64,000 nt of DNA from Vermamoeba vermiformis. Lineage: Eukaryota. The translations under genes were made by a program, and so were the position numbers. This document shows positions 37,442 to 49,026 of the stretch, piece by piece (position 1 is the first letter of the stretch; every line of letters begins with the position of its first letter). Below the pieces are notes generated by a model. It did no database searches. It was not told where the DNA came from and worked only from the letters and a program-made list of their open reading frames with translations. The stretch covers positions 62,001 through 126,000 of the forward strand of contig JBEWZL010000219.1 of assembly GCA_045837725.1 (NCBI GenBank), in the 5' to 3' direction.

Positions 37442-40189
37442 TCAATCGTTTTTCACTGTAGCTTCGCTTTGTGTTGTCGCGTGACCGTTGGTTTCCTTAC
37501 TCACTTCCGCGCCGTTAGTATTAACATTGCTACTGTTGTTTGTATTTGCCGCAGTAGTCACTGGCGCGCTTTCATCGCGAGGCTTAACTGGCTCTTCTTT
37601 TTTCGGTAGAAGATTTTTATCGAGGTCCAAAGAGCTAAGCGGTGGCAAGATATTGTTGTTCAATTTGTTCGTGTCTTCTGTTTTGATCGGTGGCAGCGGT
37701 ACTGTTTCTAACTTTGGCTCTAGACCTACGAGTGATATAACCTATGAATACACATACTTGTGGTAGCCAGACATCGTGGACACGTACCTAAAGTAGGAGG
37801 TCGCATGTTGGGTGGAGGCACAGTTTGCATGTAAGGGAAGGCAGGGTTGGGTGCAGTACTGTACATTGGAGGCATAGGCGGGGCCACTGGATAGCCTGGC
37901 ATAGGACTGGGTCCGGGCATCATTTGTGGGGGCATCGCTGCGAGGCCTGGGTGACCTGATTGTATATGATTAATTACATCGATGTTATTTGGCTTCAGAC
38001 TAGTAAACGTACCATAAGGAGGTGGTGGATAGCTCGGCATCATCGCAGATTGCTGTTGTTGTTGTTGTGCCATGAGCTGTATCGCTTGTTAGTCGTTGCT
38101 CGGAGTCAATGTTAACACGTACCCTTCGGAAATGTTCCGAGCGCTCTTTAGCCACTCGCGCTTCGTAAGTAGGATCAAGCGAGACTGGTTGAAGATATTT
38201 TTGGGTGAAATTTACATTCGGCGGGGCCTGACAGATTGGCGTTAAATTATTGTTGGCACTCAATCTGTTAATACTTACCGTTAAGAAAGAGTATTTTTGG
38301 TGATAAAATATATAATATGCTATTGCTACATGTGTTGAACATCGTCGGTAGGTTCGTTGTCGACCGTTGAATGTGATATTCTGCGCGGGAATTAATAAAA
38401 TTGAAAACTTAAAATTAACGATTTAAACTCACTGGATTGATATTCTTTAATGAGCCCGGAGCACTTCCTTTCAAGGCTGTGAAGTGCGGTGGAGATGTAA
38501 CGTAGTTTCTTGCTGTTTCGAAGTCATAGAGCTCTGTTGGGTTCAAATTAGTACATTCCAAAAAAGGAAAATTCTCTTGCTTACCCTCCCCTTGGGGCTG
38601 TTGCTTGATGGGTGTAGTAGTGACTGAAGTGGATGTGGGTGATTGCGCTGTTTTCTTTTTCTCGTCGCGTCCTTTCGTAGGGCTTACCAAGCTTTGATCC
38701 GGCGAGCGAGCACTCTCGGTAGTGCCTTTCTTTGACTCTTTTGCACCATCTGTCTTTTGTCCTATAATTTGAATCGTTAATAAATATTGTACGGTCAACA
38801 AAGTGGCGCGCAGATTTCAATCTCCCGCCAATCTCGTAAAAGAATTGCAAAGATTTTAATAAATTTCTTAGTCATGCCAAGATGTATTGCTAACACTTAC
38901 TTTTGGGTTCTCGCTGATCTAATAAGAATATCGATGCTTCGGCTAAGCCAAGTAACGAAGACACAGCTGCATCCTCAAAAGCGCTCTATTGTAAGAAAAG
39001 CTTAGTCCTTTGCCAATAAGATATAAAGTAATCGATTGTGTATTGTTGCAAAGCTGAATGCTATATTTCAAAAGAGCTTCTCCTTAGTAGATAATAGTAG
39101 TTTACCTCGTCGCTGCCACCATTAGCACCATCTTGTTGCTTTGGTTCGATAGAGGCGCGCGTTCTCTTTCTGGAACCCGAAGTGGAGACACTTTTCGGCT
39201 ATAATTATGAATTAGAATTAAATTAGCAAAAGTTTTCGACGAGATCCGATTTATTAAAAAGATACTGCGTGGGAGTGTGATTCACAATTCGAACAAATAT
39301 CATATCTAATAGAAATTAAATTGCCTGCTTACCTCAGCCTCTTCGAATGAGTCATCTTGGTCCACATTGTCTTTTCTCGTAGAACGCGGATTCCTCGATC
39401 GCGTGTTGTAGGGAGCTGGTAATTCATCAAATGATTAGCCACAAATCAAGCATTCATATCATTATGTAGTTCCACTATAAATATGTTTATATGTATAATT
39501 TAAAGAAAAGGCGTAATAAACGTTTCACAAAAGTAATTCAATGATAGGACAGGTCTAAAAATCCACCGCATCATCCGTTTTACACAAGCCAATTAATTTA
39601 TGCGCGATTTAAAGTGATCGAAAGAGTAAATTGCGTAACTGTAATGCGAAGGAGTCGATAACTATAAATAGATCTGGGCTCGTTCGAACGAGAAAAGATT
39701 AATTAACCAGTCATGATATTGCTATGACTCAGAATAATATGATCACTAAAGAACGGTGTTTCAAACATGAATCACCAGCAACTACACTTGCGTGAAACGT
39801 TTTAAAATTTGTGCAATGGAATGGATGACGGAGTAAAATCAAGAAATCTGCTGCTTACCGTTTGCCTGGCGTGTGCTAGCTCTTCCACCTTTTCTTGTTT
39901 CTCGTCCACGGGACTCTCCTCGCTGAAATTGGATCCGGGCAGTTAGAACGAGATGAGAAAAAGAACACACTTGCCGCAAAAGCAGTGAGAATGAAGAAAA
40001 AAAACTTACCCTCGATGAGTTACCATAATCTGTATCTTCTCCGTCGCTATCGAGCTCATATTCCGCTTCGTCGACATCTTCCGACCACTTTTTGTTTCGA
40101 ATACTGTTAGTTGCACTCCGCAACACCATTTTCTTTGCTTCATCGCCACCGTCTGATGAATTGTCTTTATTTTTGCTTGAATCGCTCAT
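37442..40189 (-). CDS. Hypothetical low-complexity protein (acidic/basic N-terminus, Pro/Gln-rich C-terminus); multi-exon
   Basis: Chain of minus-strand exons bounded by GT-AG sites; no family recognised. Confidence 0.6.
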
Positions 40190-40976
40190 TATCTCGGATA
40201 TTCTCGTTGCTTATCGTTTTGGATTTGCAAATAACTCTTTTGATACAGAGTCTGAATAAATCTTAAATTATGATTTTTTGGTATTGCCTCGAATGTACTC
40301 TATCAAGGACTGTATATTCCTGCTTTATCAAACGGTGTTAATGAGATTATAATTGAATCTACGATTATTCTTGATGCGATATTTAAGAAATTTAAATCAT
40401 TCCCTCGGAGGTGTTGGCGAATATTGTACCCACCTATTGGAAGTTCATCAGTAATCTGTGGCTCCCTAATATCAACAAATAAATTGGTCAGTGTTCGGGC
40501 GAATTGTTACAGCAGATCCATTCCAAATCACATGCAGAGCAAGAAATATAATAAAGATGTCTTAAAGTACTCACCTTAGTGCTAATACAGAACGGTGCAA
40601 TGAAATGTTTCGTCTTCGAAGTGTGATTTTATTTGTTTGTGCACAAAATAGCAGTTCTGAGAGTTTTGAGTTAAAATTGATAAAACCGAGGTTAAAAAAT
40701 CGAATTCGTCCCAAGATCCTCCGCCGACACTTCAACTAAATACTATATTGAGAATGAGATATGAAATGAATTTTTCAACGCCCTAAGAAAACAGTTTGGC
40801 TTTGATCTGCTGTCAAGCTGTCTCTAGAATATTCTGGATCTGTCCAAACTAACTCCGTTGCTTTTACGCACGCGCCACAGCAAGATAATTGTTAAGTTCC
40901 AATGCCGTTTGATATTAAATAATTAAGTGTCGACGTTGCATAAATTATTTATTCCGTTTTGACAAGAGCACCAGAA

Positions 40977-43377
40977 ATGACCGGTATAATCACGTATAGC
41001 TATGACTTAGCAAGTATTAATATATTAATTAGAGTGGCCTTTGCGATTTAAAATCGTCCTTGTCTTCGTCGTTACAATCGCTCTTGGATTGCCTGTTTGG
41101 TGGCACACCACACGAGTGTATAGAGCAGATCTGCCCTTCGAAGAAATTTCTCGTGTCGTTGACAAAGAGGTATGTAATATATCGTTCGTTAATAAGCGAC
41201 GGTAATTGAATATTTGGTGCAGCTAGAAAAAAATGCCTGAAATTTTCAATTTGATTGTTAATTATCAATTAGTCAATAATTTATATTCAATGATATACAA
41301 AAAACAATAACGATAATTTTAATATATTTTTTAATGGATAATAATTGAATTTTTTCCATAATTTTATTAGGTGTTTGCCGGGTGGCCCATTCACTTCGAT
41401 GTATACATTGTATCAAAATCATCTCAATCTGGCCTCGAATCAGCTTGCAAAGCTAAATTAGATCAAGTACAACAATCGCTGTCCTATCAGATCAAATACA
41501 CTGTTCAGTCTGTCGTGTTTGGCGACAAAAATAGCGCAGTGAAATTAGATGCATCAGCTTTGAAACTCGATAATAATGGTAGGCATAGTATTATAGTCCA
41601 TTCATAGTCGCATTCAAATTTTTTGGGCCTGAAACTAGCAAGATCCGGATCCAACCACTGTACTTATCGTTATTATTTAGCACTTGACAAGTTGTTGCAC
41701 GCGCAAGTACAACAGTCCACGCACAATGGACGCTACAAGATCTTTGTATTCGTCGATGATTCTGTGCAAAAGTCATCAGCTGTCATGGGCAAATACAGAC
41801 ACAGCTGGATCAAGTCCACGACTCAGACCAATCAAGGTATGGCATAATCATATGTACCTTGTCGAGTACTAACAGCACTATTAGTATCAAATCTGCTTGG
41901 TGAAGTGTTGTCGCACTACTTGGACACCATTGCAGCTGTTGACACGGTATGTTTCAGTAGATTTTCTGACACTTGCAATTAATATCATTATGCTACAGAC
42001 CCAGCAAAATATGATCACTCTCAAGCCCTCGCAAGAGTACCACATTTCATTCAGTTTGGTCAATGCTGACCCTGAGTCGAGAATCGTGACTTGGGACTTT
42101 GAAAGCATCAACGAGAGTACGTTACTCACACATTCCACCCTACTTAGTTCGTTGCACTAATACTGATATCACACTTAGAGTACTTAAAGCCTATTCTTGA
42201 AGCCTACGCACCTCTCGGCAAGTTCACCGTTGACTCGCAAGTGCTGCACTATGCACCACTGTTGAAGCAGCCCAAGTTCGATAGTACCTCTGGCAATCAT
42301 TATTTCACACCGGAGTACTTGTCTTACTTCTTGAATTTGAACGAGTGGAAGTTGGGTAAGTTGTGACGAGTGTCTAGTAGTGAATTAACTTATCTATGAC
42401 ATCAATATAGACTTCACGACCAGCAACGAGCCCAACATCAACTTTATTCTTTACATCCCTCGCAAGGCTCAAACTCCTTTGCGCATTCGTAACAGCGATG
42501 GTAAGCCTATTCATCGATATTGTCATATGATCATTCTTTGCCTGACTGTTCTGTGACAGGTACCTACTCGGCCACGGAGCCCGACGCCTTTTTGATCCCT
42601 CAATGGGGAGGTGTTGTCATTTACAACGTCGCTGCCTCGACTCCACTGCACTCTGAAGTTGTGCTGAACGATGAAAATACCTTGCCGATCGTCCAAGCCT
42701 TTGTCTCGCAATTGAGATCTTTGTTAGGCATTGGCGCACCGAAGCACAAGAGTGTTACTGTCTTAACTGATGGCAAGCGTGGTGCTGCTGAATGGGAGCT
42801 CGATGTCACTGTGCGCAAGACTATTTTGAACAACTTGCGTCAGAGTAAGTCCCGCTTGAGACGCGATTTGTCCGTTATTAACAACTGATTCGCAGCTCAA
42901 CACACATTGAAGACGTTCTCACGACTGATCCAAGAACTGGTCAACATCCCCGTGCCTGACTCACTGTTGGGCGATGTGCAAGCTGCTCTTTGGCAGTTCG
43001 ACAACAGCACTGACAGCTGTGCTCGTGGTCAGTATCAGAGTGCATTGAAGGCATCACAGTACGCGCACAAGGCCGCTGAAGGTAAGTGCAGAATGACACG
43101 TGTCAAACACTGACCTGTACTGACAATGTACCTTGCAGACTCGTTCTTCGCACCTAGCATGGTGGCAATGTTGTACTTCCCAGACGAGCACAAGTACGCC
43201 ATTTACTTGCCGCTGTTCTTGCCCGTGTTGTTGCCTGTCTTCACGGGTCTGCGCGCTGAACTGCGTCATTTGAAGGCAAAGCGAGCCCTGGCCAAGGCCA
43301 AAGCTGAGTCCGCTGCAAACACGAACAAGAAACAAGACGAGGACAAGCAGCCTGTTGAGACTAAGAAGAACAAATAA
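40977..43377 (+). CDS. PIGS: GPI transamidase subunit PIG-S; multi-exon
   Basis: LGLPVWWHTTRVYRADLP, FTVDSQVLHYA, INFILYIP, AFLIPQWGGVVIYN, FFAPSMVAMLYFPDEHKYAIYLPLFLP; C-terminal KKNK ER-retrieval-like end. Confidence 0.95.
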
Positions 43378-43507
43378 GACTCACTTATTGTCTGTATTAA
43401 TGTAATTAGTACAATGGTCATTAAAGCTGTTCATAGTTAAGCGTTGCTGTAAAGAGGAAAATAACTGTCAAACTGCATTTGATATTTTTGTTTTCAATTT
43501 CAACACG

Positions 43508-44476
43508 ATGGCAACAAATCAAGATTACAACGGAGAGTGGACCAAGGACAAGTGGTGCAAAGGTCCTGGATACATTGTTGAAGGTACTAAGCAACCTGCA
43601 TTAGCGCATCTAAGGAGAAAATCTTTACATATTTGTAGGCAATATTACACATAAACGAGTGCACACCGTGAAATTAACACAAAAAGAGCAATCGTCCAAT
43701 GCTCTGCCAACCAAATTTCTGGCCTTCAGAGTGGAATTGACTGCTGATCCTATCAAGAGTAATAAAAAATTTTAAAATTGCCTGCCAAGCTAATTAATAA
43801 CAGGAACATATGGCGCTGACGGACAAGAATTAGTCCCGAATTTAGGCACAACTGTCGGCAAAACTAAAGGATTTCTTCATCACATTGGTAAGGATCTCGC
43901 TTTCTGGATGAAAATGCACAATAAATCTAATTGACCTTGATATCAAATAGATAAAACCAAGGTCAAAGGAGATTTGACTAATGTCGCTGAACTGAACGCG
44001 GCTGTGGATGTCAGTTCCAAAGCCCTTCAACAAGCCTCACGCAGCGCACTGCACCCTAGTGTGAGCAATGTGTTCGAGTTCTGGGTCGATTGGAGCACAG
44101 TCCTCAACCTCGATGTCAATGTCGGCAAGTAAGTACACGCCCTTCCTGCTCGTGTCTGTTACATCGCATTGACGGCGCACGTCACTGACACTCGTTAGGG
44201 CTGTGAGACTGAAGACCATGGGCAACAGCATCTTTGTCGAGGCGATTGCTGTGTTGACCGGCAACAGTCAAAATGTCACGTACAGCGGTCAAGATGTCGG
44301 GGGTGTCTGGACCAAGTAAGTGCTCGTTCATTGCTACAGGTGATAGTATCTGTGATGCTCGACCCCTCCTCTAATCATATCGTATTCGCAGTAAGATTGT
44401 GGCGCAAGAAGTCGAGACGCCGTCCACGCAAACAGCTGCATTCAACAACCCATCGAATGACGACGAGTGGGATTGA
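43508..44476 (+). CDS. ARPIN: Arpin, Arp2/3 complex inhibitor; multi-exon, absent from the ORF track
   Basis: Spliced product GEWTKDKWCKGPGYIVEGNI...DGQELVPNLGTTVGKTKGFL...AVRLKTMGNSIFVEAIAVL...GGVWTNKIVAQ...NDDEWD*, matching Arpin blocks and the acidic DDEW tail. Confidence 0.9.
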
Positions 44477-44842
44477 CACTGCTCTGGGATGTTGGCCGTA
44501 TCATCGTAAGTGTAATAAATAGTTGTTTGAATAGCTATATGGTATGCCGTGGTGCAATTAACCTCAGCTTCGTCCGTCTTCGTTCGTGCGCTCACTTCGT
44601 GATCCGAGTAACGATTGGAAATTATGAGGATTCGGTTATTGAAATCCTTACTGACCGATTAGCACGAGCCAACAACATCATATACTCATATCATCATAAC
44701 ATTAATTACTGCCAAATAACCGGTTCATTGAAAAAGTGCAGGACACATTTCCTCGGAGGAGCAAAATTAATTTCCGAAACAAGCAAATTAGTATGACTTA
44801 GATTGCTATAAGAGAACACGACATGTACTATACCAACTAAGT

Positions 44843-45373
44843 ATGAATGAAGCATTACATCTATCGTCAACGAACAGAAAAGTTATGGCGATAGTTGTAT
44901 TCAATCGGACAATTGTCGCGCTCAGTGTAATGACATTGGTAGCATCCATGATGGTATTTGGCACTGCTATGGCATATATTGTAGACTTTCTAGTCGCTCT
45001 TCCGGCATTACTGATCGGATTTTGGCTAATTGTGGCGTGCGTGTTGGCGATAATAGGCGTAACAAAAGCAAATTATGTATTGATGTTGATGAGTGCTATA
45101 GGTACGTAATTATACAATATAATAATGTTTTCTAATTAAATTCTGTAATCATTCTGTCCCGATCTGCGTAAATTGACACGTGTCACAGGATCTAGCTTGG
45201 CCATCATAGTTTGTATAATTGAAGCGTGCCACTTGATTATTCAATATGTCAATTTAGTAGATTCGATTGTTTACACGGCAGTCTCAGCACTTTTGATTTC
45301 AGATGCAGCGTTGTCGATAGTACTAGCAGCACTCTTGATCAAACGACTTAATTATTTGTACAGCTTTCGATGA
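44843..45373 (+). CDS. Small four-transmembrane protein, 2 exons, unknown function
   Basis: Four hydrophobic segments; intron ending CAG at 45188. An upstream ATG at 44822 is possible. Confidence 0.6.
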
Positions 45374-45616
45374 GTTATTTATTTATTAATGTATATATTG
45401 TTAGACAACACAGCCAAATCCTGCGGTTGCAAAATAAATCAATTGTAGATATTTTCACTGAACTGCTATGAACGAAACAGACAATACTAATGGAATATGA
45501 TTAATGTGGCTTTATTAACAACTAATTACATATGAAGTCTATCGATCAGTTGCTGTTCATTGACAATGTGGCAAATTGTTGAATTTCAGATCCGATAGAA
45601 CTCAGCATTGCACTGC

Positions 45617-46058
45617 TTATTGAATGTTGATCTTAGTCGAGGCGGGGGTCTTGACCTCAGGCTTGGGCATCGTCACTTCAAGCACGCCGTTGTTGAAGGT
45701 CGCTTGAATGGTGTTTGGATCCAGTCCTTCTGGCACCGCGAATGAGCGTTGGAACTTGCCGTAGGAGCGTTCAATGCGATGGAACTGTTCTTGCTCGTCC
45801 TTCTTCTCGAACTTGCGCTCACCGCTGATGGTCAGCACGCCCTTGTCGAGCTCGACATTGACGTGTTCTTTGGTCAGGCCAGGCAGTTCCGCGTGAATGA
45901 CGAACTCTTTCTCGGACTCGCGCACATCGACTTTGGGGCGCCAAGCAGCAAGATCTTTTTGAGCAGCACTGAACTCGGGCGAGAAGTACTTGTTCATCTG
46001 CTTCTGCACGTCAAAGAGGTCTTCGAAGGGGTCAGATGGCAAACCAGCGTGACAACAT
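45617..46058 (-). CDS. Small heat shock protein (HSP20/alpha-crystallin), intronless; apparent +1 indel near 46043
   Basis: WRPKVDVRE, AELPGL, LTISGERK, RIERSYGKFQRSF, ATFNNGVLEVTMPK. ATG at 46058 is one base out of frame. Confidence 0.92.
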
Positions 46059-46295
46059 TGTAGAGTGTGTTGGTAGTGTAGAGTAGTTGTTGTTGTGTTG
46101 TATTGAGTGATGAATTGAATGAACTGCCGCGAGGAATTGGCTATTTAACTCCGTGGTCAGCGCAGAGTCCATCACTTTCAGTTAAATTTCAGTGAAAATT
46201 GCATTGGATTTCAGCGGCAGTTGGTCTAAATCGCTGAACCTTGAGAATAAGTTACCTAATTAAGAACACCTTGTTGCTGATGATGTGGCAGGCTC

Positions 46296-46326
46296 TTTCT
46301 AGAACATTCTGCGGACTGTTCGTGAA
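46296..46326. promoter_or_regulatory. Heat shock element upstream of HSP20
   Basis: TTCtaGAAcaTTC (three alternating nGAAn units, 46297-46309) plus TTCgtGAA at 46319-46326, ~240 bp upstream of the HSP20 start. Confidence 0.75.
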
Positions 46327-46533
46327 ACAAGTTGGATCTTGTCAAAAATTTTCACCCAACACCAACGCCAATCTGTACTACGCAGTTGCTAATTCTTAGT
46401 GAGAGTGAACGTATTAACAACAGGCTGGAAAGGAATTCTTTTGAACGATTATGCGACTTTTTTTGGCTGCAAGATTGGATCGAACACACCTTGTATCCCT
46501 AACGCCGCTAGTACTTGATTTATAAATATAACC

Positions 46534-47726
46534 ATGGCAACCAAGACTAAGGGTGATAAGAAAGAGCTATATTTAAAGGATCTGAAGCTGCCTAAGGTGC
46601 ACTTCGATATTTTGTGCTTGCCGACACTTGTTTTCCCAGTGCTCTCATTAGTAGGCTGCTTATTTTTCGCGATGTATTTGCACTACGAGGTAATTATTAT
46701 TGTTGTTATTGTATCATTGACAACCGAGATGACGTCAAAATAATTAAAATATTCCAAATATTCTCCATATTATTATTCATCACGGGGAATTATTATTTAG
46801 GATGTAACTAGAACTCATTGCCGAAATTGGGAATTTTGGCCCTCGATCTCGTCGACTATTGGAAATAACGCACCCGAAAAATATATCTGGAGGTACGGAG
46901 ACATTCAAATACCAGAAAATTGATACATACACTATTACCTTCGCCCGCATTTCATTAATATTACGCTATTTATTAACCTCGTTACTGACTCCGATCCGTC
47001 AGATACGGTATTGGCCTCTATTCGATGCCGAAATGCGCTGTCGAAATCTGCCAATTCATTATCTTGAAGCTCATTCACCAGAACAAGCGTAAAGGTACGT
47101 GCTAATATCCATTCACTAGTGCTACAGAGTCTGATCAACCTTGTCAGCCTACACTGAGGGCGAGAAGTCCGCAGACTCGTTCTCATTCTGGAACGGTGCT
47201 GCACTCATCACAGGCATTGCTGAGAACTTGTTGCTCTATGCCTTGACGATGGTCTCGAGCACTGAAGACCGTCCCGTGCACGAGAACTCGTTCATTTTGT
47301 TCATGCTCTTTGCGCATCTGCACTTTGTTGCCTTCTTGATTGCTTATCGCAAGGCCAGGTACATATAACAACGGTATTATATTACACTCCTCACCGCCTA
47401 ACTCGTGCCCTAGATACCCCTTGAATACTGAAGAGCGTAGGTGGTTCAAATATCGTGTCGCATTTGCCCTCGCGCACGCTTCAATCTTGGTCTCGGCTGT
47501 GTTTGTCTACGTGCGACACAAGCGCTATTGCGAGCCTGGCAGTAAGTATCACGTAACAATTATAGTGTCAGACGAGTCTCACGCCCCTATTATAGTGTAC
47601 TCCATCTTCGCTATGATGGAGTGGTCTATTGTCGTGTTCAACATCTTGTTCCACACCATGGCCATTCCTGAGTTCCGCAACATGTACATCACTCTCGGTG
47701 AGCGCGAGAGCTCCAAAAACGAATAG
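46534..47726 (+). CDS. PGAP2: Post-GPI attachment to proteins factor 2 (Frag1/DRAM/Sfk1 family); multi-exon
   Basis: TRTHCRNWEFWPSISSTIG, PEKYIWRYGIGLYSMP, LTMVSSTED..VHENSFILFM, YVRHKRYCEP..YSIFAMMEW. Confidence 0.9.
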
Positions 47727-47927
47727 ACATATCCCTAGAGATATCTGCGTGCCTGCCATCAATAAAAAATCCGTCCTATTTTTACGATGTGTGAGCTGAA
47801 AATTGTGAGAACTTGAGAAATTTAGCGAAACAGGCACAACAAAATTACCTGTTTTGGTGGTCATTTTATTCAACTAGCACTGAAGCGTTTACAAGTGCAC
47901 TTTATACTGTATTTATAGCAAATAATC

Positions 47928-48874
47928 ATGGAAGACTTTTTCAAATTCCCAAGGACACGCCACATCATCGATATGGGCAGTGTTGGACGAGACGATTTAG
48001 TAAGTTGCTATGATATATTTATTAGTTATTAATAACTATTTATTTTAAAATTTTAACTGCAGCTCCTGTTCTAAATTGAAGCGACCTCTAAATAAAAATC
48101 AGTTGAATAAAATTTAATATTTGTAAACTGTTTTCAGCCGGTTAACATTAGTATTTAGGTAATGGACAAAAAAGAAGCGCAAGTATTTTTTGAAAATCCC
48201 GTTGTCGTTGAAGAGAAAGTAGATGGAGCCAATCTGGGAATTTCAATCACTGACGACTACAAACTCAAATTTCAAAACAGGTGCGTGCACAAATACTAAT
48301 AAGTATGGCTTTCAATGTCCTAATCATCCGTTATTAGATCTCACCTTGTTACTGGTGAAACAGCAAGTGAGTTTTTAGATCCAGACCCGTGCTTGCCAGT
48401 AATTAACACTCTTATTGTACAGTTCAGTGGAAAGGTCTCGAAGACTGGGCCAAGAATCATCCCGGCATATGGTCTATTCTCACCAGTCCCGACGTCGTAA
48501 TCTTCGGCGAGTGGATGATGGCCAAACACTCCATCCACTACACGCACTTACCCGACTACTTCTTGGCCTTTGATATATATGACAAGACTGCAAACAAATT
48601 CTTAAGTCACGCTGAGAAGTCACGTCGCTTTGAAGAGGCTGGACTAGCGCAAGTACCAGTGCTGCGTCAAGGCGTCACTACCAGAGAACAGCTGCTTGCC
48701 TTGCTCGAGAGCAAATCTTCATTCCGCGACGGCGTAGTTGAAGGTGTATATGTACGCATTGATGACGCGCAGTACTTGGTGCAGCGAGGCAAGGTTGTTA
48801 GATCCGACTTTATTGCCACCCCAGATGCGCACTGGACCAAAGCACAATTCACCAAAAATGTTATAAGGTATTAA
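47928..48874 (+). CDS. Stand-alone ATP-dependent RNA ligase domain protein (PF09414-type); 4 exons
   Basis: FKFPRTRHI, nucleotidyltransferase motif I EEKVDGANLGIS, FQNRSH, IFGEWMMAKHSIHYTHLPDYFLAFDI, VEGVYVR, RGKVVRSDF. Confidence 0.88.
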
Positions 48875-49026
48875 TATACCATCCCCATAATATCGTTTTG
48901 TAATTAAAACTCGAATTAAGCGCAGTCAAAGTTGTTGCAATTAGATCCAATCGAGGTCTCTTATTCCAATTTACATCCTTCTATCTACATGCAAATAAGG
49001 TTATATAATGCATATAAGACTATATA

